A DNA stretch of 64,000 nt from a bacterium (GCA_021818465.1 JAKAEA010000001.1:41972-105971); one strand, 5' to 3'; counted from the first letter of the stretch, positions 10,029-19,194 are shown. Notes: a model not told the origin generated them from the letters alone. A program made the numbers and translations.

Positions 10029-10502
10029 TTAAAAGAAGTGAAACATGCCGCCAAGACTAAAACGTTTGCCAGCATTAAAAGTAAACAACATAAAAAGTGC
10101 TGCGGCGACCAGAAGATAATTGTTAACTAAATATGGCGATGAACTTCCACACAATACCCCTCCCGCACCCGTGCCGCACACATATGGAAACGCCAGTACC
10201 GGAAAGTACAGAAACAACATACATAGCATACCGATAAGTGAGGCAATGCGCGAAAAAATACCAGCAATGAGCAGTGCCCCAATAACGAGACAGCCGAATT
10301 TAAAAACCACCGCAAGAAGTGGCAAAAACGATGATGCGGCAAGCCCGTGGTAAAATCCAGTGAATGTCTGTGCTCCTGCGATAAATGCTGCCAGTGACCA
10401 CCCGGGCGTCCAAATTGCCGATAAACCGAAATTGAGAAAATATACGCCGACAACGAGTCGTAATATAAATAAACTGAGAGCCTGAAAACGACGAGTGTTC
10501 AC
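10029..10502 (-). CDS. DoxX-family membrane protein
   Basis: Four-TM small protein with a DoxX-like N-terminal LRLVVGVYF pattern. Confidence 0.45.
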   Translation of the reverse strand: MNTRRFQALSLFILRLVVGVYFLNFGLSAIWTPGWSLAAFIAGAQTFTGFYHGLAASSFLPLLAVVFKFGCLVIGALLIAGIFSRIASLIGMLCMLFLYFPVLAFPYVCGTGAGGVLCGSSSPYLVNNYLLVAAALFMLFTFNAGKRFSLGGMFHFF

Positions 10503-10540
10503 CTTGTCATTCTAACACAGCCCACCGCGAGCGCCGAGTG

Positions 10541-10876
10541 TTACGCGCCGATAAATTGCCCGAGCTCGGTTTGAAATGTTTCTTTGGGACGGAAACCAAC
10601 AAAATCGTGCACGACTTTTCCCTCTTTAAACAACTTCATATTAGGAATACTCATAATTTGATACTGTTGGGCCAAGCTAAGATTGGCGGGATCCTCAACG
10701 TCAACTTTAACGATTTTTAATTTTGTAGCCAAACTTACCGAAAGTTCATCGAGTATTGGGGCCATCATTCGGCACGGTCCGCACCATGATGCCCAAAAAT
10801 CAACGAGCACGGGCACCGTTGCATCTAACACTTCTTTTTTAAAATCCTGTTGTGTTGCAGTAATAACGTTTGACAT
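10541..10876 (-). CDS. trxA: thioredoxin
   Basis: [13 protein letters not shown] active site. 111 aa. Confidence 0.92.
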   Translation of the reverse strand: MSNVITATQQDFKKEVLDATVPVLVDFWASWCGPCRMMAPILDELSVSLATKLKIVKVDVEDPANLSLAQQYQIMSIPNMKLFKEGKVVHDFVGFRPKETFQTELGQFIGA

Positions 10877-10881
10877 AATTT

Positions 10882-11193
10882 TTATTTTTTATACGTACAA
10901 ATAAACTTTTTAAGATCTCGTGCTATACCCGTATCGTGGAACAAATAACACACTTCTTTCCCCTCTCGCACTGGCTCCAATAATCCCACACGCGCGAGAA
11001 CTCGGAGATGGTGCGATACACCGGCAACACTCATGTGCAATCGCTCGGCAATATCGGAAACGCAAATTTTCTGCTGATCAAAAATTACACAGAGAATCGC
11101 TAAACGTCGCACATCGCCAGCTGTGCGTAACAACTTAGCCAGCGCAGCGGCGTTTAGTTGCGTGTGAGGGGGTGACATACATGTACTATTCAT
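10882..11193 (-). CDS. ArsR/SmtB-family transcriptional regulator
   Basis: Winged-helix HTH ([28 protein letters not shown]). Confidence 0.75.
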   Translation of the reverse strand: MNSTCMSPPHTQLNAAALAKLLRTAGDVRRLAILCVIFDQQKICVSDIAERLHMSVAGVSHHLRVLARVGLLEPVREGKEVCYLFHDTGIARDLKKFICTYKK

Positions 11194-11199
11194 TCAAAC

Positions 11200-11222
11200 T
11201 AATATTTGAATGTTATACCGCC
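11200..11222. promoter_or_regulatory. candidate ArsR operator palindrome
   Basis: ATTCAAA-n9-TTTGAAT inverted repeat directly upstream of the arsR start, in a divergent intergenic region. Confidence 0.35.
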
Positions 11223-11288
11223 AGCACGCCATTGTCAATCATGCTAATGCACCCATGTGTAGAGTACGGTCTATTGACTATTTTTTGA

Positions 11289-11636
11289 TTGTATATTATT
11301 TTGCAAGCAGATATTGTTGTTAGTTTTTTACAAAAGGAGTTTTATATGGGAACAACTACTATATATGTTGAGCCGCGCGACGCGGCGAGTAATGAACGTA
11401 TTGCCCAATTAATCGGGGCATCCGAAGACGTAACTTCTTACGCGGTTCGCTCTAGCGATGGACACCGCCACAATCTTTTTCGAGTGTCGAGCGATCAGCT
11501 TACGTTTCTGCAAAAAACAAAAGGCAAGCAACGTCCTCGTTTCAACATGTGGAGACAGCGCCCTAATGGTTTATTTGAACGTGTCATCAAACGTCCGCAG
11601 CAAAAAGGTTTACCTCAAGCCGCAGCGCGTCACTAA
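11289..11636 (+). CDS. hypothetical protein (probable start at MGTTTIYV, 11347)
   Basis: ORF followed by a strong terminator. No recognisable motifs. Confidence 0.35.
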   Translation: MYIILQADIVVSFLQKEFYMGTTTIYVEPRDAASNERIAQLIGASEDVTSYAVRSSDGHRHNLFRVSSDQLTFLQKTKGKQRPRFNMWRQRPNGLFERVIKRPQQKGLPQAAARH

Positions 11637-11660
11637 TCTTCTTTATATACAACAAACGAA

Positions 11661-11686
11661 GGCACCCAGATATGGGTGCCTTTTTT
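11661..11686. terminator. bidirectional rho-independent terminator
   Basis: ggcacccagatatgggtgcc hairpin with T-runs on both strands. Sits between convergent ORFs. Confidence 0.6.
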
Positions 11687-11687
11687 A

Positions 11688-11858
11688 TTATCTTTTTCTG
11701 GCTGGACGACGCCATCCAATTTTTTTCCGCCGGTCTCGGCGACTTAATTGTCGTATGACATCATCGTAATAGTAACTTTCGCCATCAGCATCAGGTGGTT
11801 GAATAAAAAAAATCGAGACACCATAGCAGATGCGTCCTCTATCATAAATTTCACTCAT
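11688..11858 (-). CDS. unannotated small basic protein (56 aa)
   Basis: AAGGAG Shine-Dalgarno 7 nt upstream of the ATG. Ends at the bidirectional terminator. Absent from the ORF track because it is shorter than 60 aa. Confidence 0.3.
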   Translation of the reverse strand: MSEIYDRGRICYGVSIFFIQPPDADGESYYYDDVIRQLSRRDRRKKIGWRRPARKR

Positions 11859-12041
11859 AACCATCTCCTTACAAAAAGCGCCTCTACTTGCTCACAAACA
11901 AGTACTTCTAAAATTTATAGTACCACATTTAAAAATGTATACTAAATTTTTAACAAACCTACACACTATGAAAAATAGAGACACATAAGATTGATCTGTA
12001 AACGGCTCGGCAAGAATATTTCAAAAAAAATACATCCTGTT

Positions 12042-12638
12042 TTATATAACAAACAAGTGATCGTCACCACGATGTCCCACATGTTTATAGCCCTTACCAA
12101 GAAGCAATAATCTGACGTACGGATAGTGAAGTCTTTTGGAAGTTTTGTTATGAAATTCTACCAGGATTTGTTGGGGTGCTATCTGCATATTTTGTAAAAC
12201 TTTATATTCACTTCCTTCGATGTCCAACTTCAACACATCAATATGCCGATGTCCTAATTCGGCCATGAGCGTAGAAAGTTTTTTAACTGGTAACTGAGAT
12301 GATTCTCCGTTGAAAATCCATTCCGATAGATTCTTATTTGTTATAATATCCCTCTTAGAAAAAAATGTCTGCGTTCCATCAAAATTGGACACACCGATGG
12401 GATGAAATATAAATTTTTGTGGCAAAGTTTGATGCCTAATCCATTGAATACTATACGGGGTTGGATCAAAAGCATGTATAGTACAATCGAAGCGACGAAT
12501 CATCTCCAAGTCCCACGATATATTATCACCCACTCCAAAAGAGTAGACGATACTCTTTTTATTTAGTTGGTGTGTATCTATTAACCAACCACCATAGTTG
12601 CTATCTCCCAGTAATTCAATGCGCATATTTTTCGACAT
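12042..12638 (-). CDS. FkbM-family methyltransferase
   Basis: Methyltransf_21 pattern including LKLDIEGSEYKVL. Confidence 0.7.
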   Translation of the reverse strand: MSKNMRIELLGDSNYGGWLIDTHQLNKKSIVYSFGVGDNISWDLEMIRRFDCTIHAFDPTPYSIQWIRHQTLPQKFIFHPIGVSNFDGTQTFFSKRDIITNKNLSEWIFNGESSQLPVKKLSTLMAELGHRHIDVLKLDIEGSEYKVLQNMQIAPQQILVEFHNKTSKRLHYPYVRLLLLGKGYKHVGHRGDDHLFVI

Positions 12639-12828
12639 ACGTTTGTATACTAATACCAGTATAGTTGTACCAAATTATTAGGTGCTAACTATACCATTGC
12701 ATACACAAAATAGTACACACCAAGCAAAATTCAATTTGTTATGTACATGTATGCGATCATCTGTATAAAAAAATCCCTCGAGCAACCTTACTCGAGGAAT
12801 AAAGACTAGAAAATGTTCTGTGGAATTT

Positions 12829-13494
12829 CTACGCGACCGACTTTGTGCCATTCGGTTTTGGAATACAAAACACCCAACGATAACTAGCATCATAAAACAT
12901 TTTAGAATCACCAGAACTACTAGTAAGTCGCAGGTCCCCAAATTCAGTCCGTTTGACAAGAAAAATACTCAAAGGACCATTGGGAACGACAACTGGTTTC
13001 ATTGCAATCAGTAACGAACAATCGTGTCGTAGGTTTTTGTATTGTAAAAGTAGCTGTGGGCCAACTTCAGGTGGACAGAGTGCTAAGCCGTGCCTTTTAG
13101 CCCGAGCATATACTTCACCAACAACAGCACCGTGTTCAAAACCAAGTTCAAAATCAGAAACCTCAATGAGCTCTATTTCCATAGACTGTTTAAAAAACTT
13201 CGGTACGAGTTTTTTAAGCATCATCTTTCCACAATTACTAACACATATACCCTTTTCACACATAGCCGTGCAAAAATCCTCAACTGATTCAAAACCGGTG
13301 CCAAGATTTAAGATACAAAATGTAGTAAAATTTGGCAAAGAATTTTTTTTCTTTGAAATACTGAGAATTTTTTTAAGAGCTTTTTGCAGAAGTGTGGGAT
13401 TTTTTATCCAAAATCCCATACACTCATCGTTTACAGGAGGGAGATTTTGGACAATAGATGTAACGAACTGATCCTTCAACGTACCTGTTGACAT
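12829..13494 (-). CDS. hypothetical protein with conserved Cys/His (possible papain-like fold)
   Basis: 221-aa ORF in an AT-rich islet next to the FkbM gene. No recognisable family. Confidence 0.35.
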   Translation of the reverse strand: MSTGTLKDQFVTSIVQNLPPVNDECMGFWIKNPTLLQKALKKILSISKKKNSLPNFTTFCILNLGTGFESVEDFCTAMCEKGICVSNCGKMMLKKLVPKFFKQSMEIELIEVSDFELGFEHGAVVGEVYARAKRHGLALCPPEVGPQLLLQYKNLRHDCSLLIAMKPVVVPNGPLSIFLVKRTEFGDLRLTSSSGDSKMFYDASYRWVFCIPKPNGTKSVA

Positions 13495-13760
13495 GCTTGT
13501 TTCTCCTTTTATTTGTGTTCAGGAAATTAAAGAACCACCCCATCGGTAGCCCTAATCAAAAAGTTCCGAGCTATAGTGTAGCTGTACAGAAGCTTTTGAT
13601 TAGGACTACTAAAAAAATAATTATTAAAGAACAATAGTAAGTTTTTACACTAAAAAAAATAATTTGTCAATGGTACCGAATTTACTACAAGATACACCTC
13701 CTCAGAGTTGCTTATACCCATCCACTTTCAAATGTATGCCGATAATATTAAGCGTGTATT

Positions 13761-14984
13761 TCAAAATTCTACAAACGTCAGCGCCTTGCCTCGTTTATCC
13801 CCTCTTCCTGTTCGGCCAATACGATGCACGTAATCATCATAGGTAGCCGGGATGTCGAAATTGATGACGTGACTAACATCAGCAATATCAAGACCGCGAG
13901 CGGCAACATCGGTTGCAACCAATACCTTCACCACATCACTTTTGAAAAGTTTTAACGCCCGCTGTCGTTGTGTGTGTGATTTATTACCATGAATTGATTC
14001 AGCTCGAATACCTTTTTCAATAAGAAGTTGAGAAAGTTTTTCCACGCCATATTTTGTTCGACCAAAGATAAGGACTTTATTGAAGTCTTTTTGATTCAAC
14101 ATGTCGTGCAAAACATCAATCTTTGAGGCGCCTTGTGCAATTCGTACAACGTCCTGATCAATATTTTTAGAGGTACGTTGAGTTGCAACAGAAATTCGCA
14201 CAGGATCTTTCAGAAATTCCTGAATAAGTTTTTCAATTTCTACAGACAACGTCGCTGAAAAGAAAAGCGTTTGCCGTTCTGCGGGCATGCCGGCCATGAT
14301 AAGGCGCATATCGTGCACAAATCCCATATCGAGCATACGATCAGCTTCGTCAAGCACAATAGTTTTAAACTCAGATAATCTAATCCTTCCGTGCTGGATA
14401 AAATCTTTCAGCCGACCTGGTGTTCCAATAATAAAATTATTAGGAAATCGCAGTTCTCGAATTTGATTGCCAATAGATACCCCCCCAACACATACCACAG
14501 AAAATATATTCATATTTTTAGTGAAACCCTTGAGTTCCTGATCAATCTGAATAGCCAATTCTCGTGTCGGCACAACAATCAAAACTTGCTCCTTTCTATT
14601 ACGTAGTACTTTATTGATGAGCGGAATAAGAAAAGCTGCGGTTTTTCCAGTGCCAGTATTTGCAATACCAAGCACATCAACATTTTTAAGAATGTGAGGA
14701 ATAGACCGATCTTGAATGGGAGTCGGTTGACTATATCCTTTTGCGGCAATAGTTTGTTTCAAAGAGGCATCAATATTGAAATCCTGAAACGCATGCTCTG
14801 GCACAAACGGCTGAATTTTTTCGGCAGCAACTGATTTATTAATAAATTTTGCTGGATCTATATATTGGCCGAAATTTTTACTTCGACTACGCCGATTTTG
14901 AAACGATTGTGATTGAAAACGGTTTCCTCCACGTACACCGTGAGGTTTTGTAAATGATTTTTTATACATTTTTTTAGGAAACAA
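13761..14984 (-). CDS. DEAD-box ATP-dependent RNA helicase
   Basis: Q-motif, ANTGTGKTAAF, DEAD (VLDEADRMLDMGF), SAT and HRIGRTGR motifs. Confidence 0.92.
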   Translation of the reverse strand: MFPKKMYKKSFTKPHGVRGGNRFQSQSFQNRRSRSKNFGQYIDPAKFINKSVAAEKIQPFVPEHAFQDFNIDASLKQTIAAKGYSQPTPIQDRSIPHILKNVDVLGIANTGTGKTAAFLIPLINKVLRNRKEQVLIVVPTRELAIQIDQELKGFTKNMNIFSVVCVGGVSIGNQIRELRFPNNFIIGTPGRLKDFIQHGRIRLSEFKTIVLDEADRMLDMGFVHDMRLIMAGMPAERQTLFFSATLSVEIEKLIQEFLKDPVRISVATQRTSKNIDQDVVRIAQGASKIDVLHDMLNQKDFNKVLIFGRTKYGVEKLSQLLIEKGIRAESIHGNKSHTQRQRALKLFKSDVVKVLVATDVAARGLDIADVSHVINFDIPATYDDYVHRIGRTGRGDKRGKALTFVEF

Positions 14985-15196
14985 TAGTTTCCTGTAACCC
15001 CCAGTCTTTACAATAATAATGGCGACTGTCTCGAGAGTTTTTTATGCAGCTCGTGTGAGCTAAGCCGATTAAGAGAAATTCCTAAAAGAAAAACCTTTTG
15101 AGAGTAAGGTACGCTCAATATAATAACAAAAAATTATTTAATGTCAAGAGGGGCGGCGGTCGCTCTGTGATATACACGGCGTCCACGATATGCACC

Positions 15197-15231
15197 AAAA
15201 GAAAAGCCCAACATGGGTGTCGGGCTTTTTT
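15197..15231. terminator. bidirectional terminator
   Basis: gcccaacatgggtgtcgggc hairpin flanked by T-runs on both strands. Confidence 0.45.
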
Positions 15232-15234
15232 ATT

Positions 15235-15759
15235 TTAATCATCGATAGGAATAGTTTCTGAAGGATCCGAGATATCATTTACCACGATCGCTTCTGAGCT
15301 GCCACTAGGCACTCCTGCTATAAGCATTTCGAGAGGCGAAGCAACTCGCTGAACTTTTCCAGGCATAACCCAGAAACCAGCACGACTGGCACCAGTATCC
15401 GCACAATCCCATCGTAAACAGCCGACGAGCTGAAGCGGTGCTTCTTTGTACACAACCGCGTATTCTGGAACCGTGACCCCCTCACGTGGTGTGTATAGCG
15501 TGATGGGTTCACCTGGGAGGATGATTTCGCCACACCAAGCGCATTTGATTGCCGCTTTGCGCCAGCATTGCGGACAATAGTCGCGACTCTTATCAAGCGT
15601 ATACACTCCTCTACATTTATTGATGATAAAAAGGGTTTTTTGTTTCGCCATGTGACCACAGCCACACATGTAGTTTCGACCAAAAGTTTTGTAGAAAAGA
15701 CTTTGGCTGTTCATCCAGAACCTACGCAGTATCCGGATCCCAACTGACACACTGTTCAT
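15235..15759 (-). CDS. hypothetical Cys-rich protein
   Basis: Several CxxC pairs (CGCGH, CPQC, CAWC). No family recognised. Confidence 0.35.
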   Translation of the reverse strand: MNSVSVGIRILRRFWMNSQSLFYKTFGRNYMCGCGHMAKQKTLFIINKCRGVYTLDKSRDYCPQCWRKAAIKCAWCGEIILPGEPITLYTPREGVTVPEYAVVYKEAPLQLVGCLRWDCADTGASRAGFWVMPGKVQRVASPLEMLIAGVPSGSSEAIVVNDISDPSETIPIDD

Positions 15760-15885
15760 ATAATTACTCCTTTTGTAAGAACTCTGGCGGCATTTTATAT
15801 ATAAACCCGTAAAAAATCAAATAAAAAAAACCCATACTTTTGTATGGGGTTCTCAATGTTCACGTTTTGAGATACGTTTTTTATA

Positions 15886-16506
15886 CTACTTGCGGAAGGC
15901 AAACCAATTGAAGATGCCGATGAAGCTCTCGGCCAAGCAGAGGTCCGTCTCGCGCTGCGAGTCGTACCACCAGACAGAGCAGGCGTAGCGGTTACTCTCG
16001 AAGGTGCAATCCGTTGTAGCCACCACATACATCGGATTTTGACCGAGCTTGGTGTGGAGCGCAGGATTGTGTTCACCGATGGCGAAGACTTCGCGCGGAT
16101 TGGTCCGATTGAGTCCTTTGGATTTGGCCCATCTGAGAGCTTTGTCCCAATTGCCGCCACCATTGGGGAAATTGAGGAGGATAATCTCCTGCTCAATAGT
16201 CCCCATTTCGACTGGAGGATACTGCCTACCAATCTTGCGGACATTGTGGTAAACCATCGTTTTGGTACTAGCGGCATCGATTGCCTCCTGCCATTCACGC
16301 TCCTGATTCACCTTTACCGTGAGCACACGGACACGAGCGCCTTTCGGCGGCTGTATGTCCTTGAGCTCCAGCTTGAGTGAATCAAGAAAACGGCTAAATG
16401 AGCCGTTGTCGAGGGCTTGCTGGAACTGCTGGCGACTGACGCCTTTGTCGATGGCCATATTACGAACGGAATCTGACTGACTGGAAGTAACAAGTTTGTC
16501 GCTCAT
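15886..16506 (-). CDS. hypothetical protein, distant paralog of the DGR target protein
   Basis: Weak collinear similarity to ORF 19195..19983 (LLNFPNGGGNWDKALRWAKSKG vs LLVDLGIITVPDDYDHATALAKFGKK; VWWYDSQRE vs VWDQKRDQ). Strong Shine-Dalgarno and a promoter/leader shared with 16764..17040. Confidence 0.45.
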   Translation of the reverse strand: MSDKLVTSSQSDSVRNMAIDKGVSRQQFQQALDNGSFSRFLDSLKLELKDIQPPKGARVRVLTVKVNQEREWQEAIDAASTKTMVYHNVRKIGRQYPPVEMGTIEQEIILLNFPNGGGNWDKALRWAKSKGLNRTNPREVFAIGEHNPALHTKLGQNPMYVVATTDCTFESNRYACSVWWYDSQRETDLCLAESFIGIFNWFAFRK

Positions 16507-16634
16507 AACTGACTCCTTTTATTGCGCTCACCTCAAGCTCCGAAACACTCGGCACCAGAGGCAGACAAGTTCAATGAACGTACTGGTTGATATAATGTAT
16601 CAAAAATACCGACTTGTCAAATATGGGTGCTCAC
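16504..16634 (-). promoter_or_regulatory. promoter plus conserved roughly 95-nt 5' leader, copy A
   Basis: TTGACA -35, a TATATC -10-like element, and a structured leader ending in the AAGGAG Shine-Dalgarno. About 90% identical to copy B at 17038..17168. Confidence 0.5.
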
Positions 16635-16763
16635 ACAGTTTGAGGTGGAACACGATTGAGACGGAGATACTGAGGTGGAAAATGATGGCAATGCACTTGT
16701 GACGTTCGTCAAAAAAAGCCGAGGGTATTTCACCTTCGGCTTAGAAAAAGCGTAATGAGAGAC

Positions 16764-17040
16764 TCAAAAACACGGTGTCCTTATGATGTCTTCCTTACCA
16801 CAGAGTTTACAGTTACCTTCCACATCAAAAGTTGGATGCGGACACTGCCCCTGAACAACCGCGAGCTGCAGCTTGACTTTTGCAACCTTGTCAGCAAGAT
16901 CGTGTTGTTGCTCTCTGAGCTTGTTAAGTCGCTCCTGAATCGGACGCAGCTTCCTTTTAAGGGTCACAGTTTTTAGCTTCTTTTCATTCGGCGGTGTAAG
17001 ACTTGGGTAAGACACAGCAACAAACCTCTTGTAGTGCATA
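16764..17040 (-). CDS. small coiled-coil / C-terminal zinc-ribbon protein (start MHYKRF at 17040)
   Basis: ORF directly follows copy B of the duplicated leader. C-terminal CPHP...CKLCGK Cys cluster. Confidence 0.4.
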
Positions 17041-17168
17041 TAACTGACTCCTTTTATTGCGCCCACCTCAAGCTCCGAAACACTCGGCACCAGAGGCAGA
17101 CAAGTTCAATGAACGTACTGGTTTATATAAAATATTAAAAATACGTACTTGTCAAGGATGGGTCTTAA
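17038..17168 (-). promoter_or_regulatory. promoter plus conserved 5' leader, copy B
   Basis: Direct repeat of 16504..16634 with TTGACA -35. Confidence 0.5.
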
Positions 17169-17327
17169 CCGTGATACTAATAGTCACCCGCTTTTTGACC
17201 GACACCTAATCGAATCTACCTATACCCAGCTTTGTTTTTTGAGAGAGATGATGCGGAGAGAGGGGGTTGGGGTTTGAGGAGAATTTCGGAGAAAAACTAA
17301 ATTCAAAGGCTATCGTGACGGTAATAG

Positions 17328-18356
17328 TTACCCCGGAACAGCTGACAATTGCAGGGGAATGTTTTGCGCCGCAACATTTTCACAAATCATTTTGAGCCTC
17401 TTTTGCAATTGATAAGTGTTTCCATGTCCAAGAAGTCCGCGATACGAGCTTATCGTTTCTCGTTTTGGATAACCTTTCATCATACGAACTATTTTTCGTT
17501 TTGTCGTTGTCCTAATCTGCCGATGGTGAGGGAAATGGACCCAACCGAGAAAATCCACACCAGAGTCGTATGTTTTTATATAGACTTTGTGTTCATGAAG
17601 CGTGAGGTGTAGTTTTTCATTGAGAAATTTTTGTAGCCATGGCAAAAGCTTTTCTAAATATTCTTTGCTCTCAGACAGGATCGCAAAATCATCAGCATAG
17701 CGGAGATAGTATTTTATTCGCAACTCCTGTTTGAGGTACACATCAAATTCGTGCATATACACATTCACGAGAAGCTGGGATGTGAGATTGCCGAGCGGTA
17801 AACCAATGCCAGAAGTAGTCGTGTAAAAACTTGAGATAACTTTATGAATAAGCGCCCGGATATCTGGATCAACAATATGCCGTTCAAGAATTTTCATTAA
17901 AATCGCGTGGTCAACGCTCGCAAAGAATTTCCGTATATCGCATTTAAGCACGTAACATGTTCGTGTGTGATTTTTAGATACCTTTCGAGCAAAATCTCTA
18001 AAGCGATCGAGCGCCTTGTGCGTCCCTTTATTTTTTCGACAGGAATAGGAATCAAAAATAAATTGCTGATGGAAATGCCAGTACAATTCTTTATAAATAA
18101 GGTGGTGCAATATCCTATCACGAACCGTAGCTTTGTGAATGTTGCGTGGTTTCGGGTCAGAAATGTTGAAAGCTGAATATGAGCCGTGCGTATATGTTTT
18201 ATTTTTTAGATCGGAGTAGAGACTGGCAATATTGGTTGCTAGTTCTGCTTGAAATTTAATGACATCTTTTTTCTTTTTCTTGCCACGCAGAAACCGCTCC
18301 CATGTCAGGAGTAGATTTTCGATGGTAATGATAGAATTGTATGTATGAGTGAACAC
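17328..18356 (-). CDS. diversity-generating retroelement reverse transcriptase
   Basis: 342-aa RT with the DGR-type motif 4 IGLPLGNLTSQ and YADDFAIL. The size is typical of DGR RTs, and it sits next to an Avd gene and a TR/VR pair. Confidence 0.85.
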   Translation of the reverse strand: MFTHTYNSIITIENLLLTWERFLRGKKKKKDVIKFQAELATNIASLYSDLKNKTYTHGSYSAFNISDPKPRNIHKATVRDRILHHLIYKELYWHFHQQFIFDSYSCRKNKGTHKALDRFRDFARKVSKNHTRTCYVLKCDIRKFFASVDHAILMKILERHIVDPDIRALIHKVISSFYTTTSGIGLPLGNLTSQLLVNVYMHEFDVYLKQELRIKYYLRYADDFAILSESKEYLEKLLPWLQKFLNEKLHLTLHEHKVYIKTYDSGVDFLGWVHFPHHRQIRTTTKRKIVRMMKGYPKRETISSYRGLLGHGNTYQLQKRLKMICENVAAQNIPLQLSAVPG

Positions 18357-18391
18357 GGGCCATTAAGTACCCCCCCATTCCACTTGTTCTT

Positions 18392-18733
18392 GTGCGCGCG
18401 AAAGAGACGTACCAATTGTGGCATAGCTCGATCGTAAATTTAAAGCGCGTTGATCGCTACACGCTCGGTGCAAAGATAGACGATGCGTTTCTCTCGCTCC
18501 TCGAGCTCATATTTAGGGGCCGTTTTGCCTATGACAAATTCGAGAAGTTGTCGCTTGTTTCCCAGGCTATCGCAAAATCCGACCTCTTAAAATTCTTTTT
18601 GCAGCTCGGATGGGAGCATAAAGTGATTGACCACAAAAACTACGGTGCGCTCATTCTCCTCCTGGATGAAGTCGGCCGCATGCTCGATGGATGGAAGAAA
18701 AATCTTTCAGACAAAACTCCCGCCAATAAATAG
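18392..18733 (+). CDS. avd: DGR accessory variability determinant (Avd, four-helix-bundle protein)
   Basis: 113 aa. C-terminal LDEVGRMLDGWKK matches the Avd/23S-IVS family pattern (bAvd IAEVGRILGSW). GTG start. Divergent from the RT. Confidence 0.7.
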   Translation: MRAKETYQLWHSSIVNLKRVDRYTLGAKIDDAFLSLLELIFRGRFAYDKFEKLSLVSQAIAKSDLLKFFLQLGWEHKVIDHKNYGALILLLDEVGRMLDGWKKNLSDKTPANK

Positions 18734-18750
18734 CGGGAGAAATCATCTGA

Positions 18751-18872
18751 GTCGCAGAAGCAGAGGAAGGCATTGTCGTCGTTCCAAACGTTCTCGAAGT
18801 TACCGATGTTGAAGTTGAAGTCACCGTCCGAGTTGGCGTTCACGTTCGGCACCCTGTGGTTGCCGTCGGCAT
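18751..18872 (-). repeat. DGR template repeat (TR)
   Basis: 122-nt repeat aligning without gaps to 19222..19343. All 19 mismatches are at TR adenines on the coding strand. TR reading frame is Asn(AAC)-rich (NVNANSDGDFNFNIGNFENVWNDDN). Confidence 0.88.
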
Positions 18873-19123
18873 ACCCCCTCAAGCAATGTACGACGTGTCG
18901 TCGGGACCACCAAAAAGAGCACCAGCTCCCTTTTGTATTTTATTCCGAGTCTAAACCTCGTTAACACATCGCACCGACTTATTTGATTTTTTCATAAAGG
19001 CAGCCCTCATCCGCAAGGCGTACCCAGCGGACCACTCGCTGATTCCTAGTACGAGAATTTGACGGCATGAAGCCAGTAGCCGCATGCTCTATCTTATTCC
19101 AGACGCAATTGTACCTGATTTGT

Positions 19124-19160
19124 ATAAAAAAATTGAGCCCTCGCAGTGAAGCAAGGGCTC
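19124..19160 (-). terminator. rho-independent terminator of the DGR target gene
   Basis: gagccct-n12-agggctc hairpin followed by a U-run on the minus strand. An additional gggtcttagaccc hairpin lies right after the stop. Confidence 0.55.
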
Positions 19161-19194
19161 AAAGGGTCTAAGACCCGAAGAACATTCTGAGTGC

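Noticed and set aside
12678-12959. 93-aa minus-strand ORF overlapping the 3' end of 12829..13494
   Set aside because: It overlaps the neighbouring ORF and is hydrophobic low-complexity with no start context. It is probably spurious, although the AT-rich islet makes this uncertain.
17328-18356. RT ORF considered as a group II intron maturase
   Set aside because: Motif 4 is IGxxxSQ (DGR-type), not the group II QGxxxSP. There is no domain V hairpin or GUGYG intron boundary in the flanks, and an Avd gene plus an A-mutagenised TR/VR pair are adjacent.
18640-18882. 80-aa minus-strand ORF (MRGYADGNHRVPNVNANSDGDF...) as a protein-coding gene
   Set aside because: It is the open reading frame running through the DGR template repeat, which is an Asn/AAC-rich copy of the target C-terminus. 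It is most likely non-coding template RNA.
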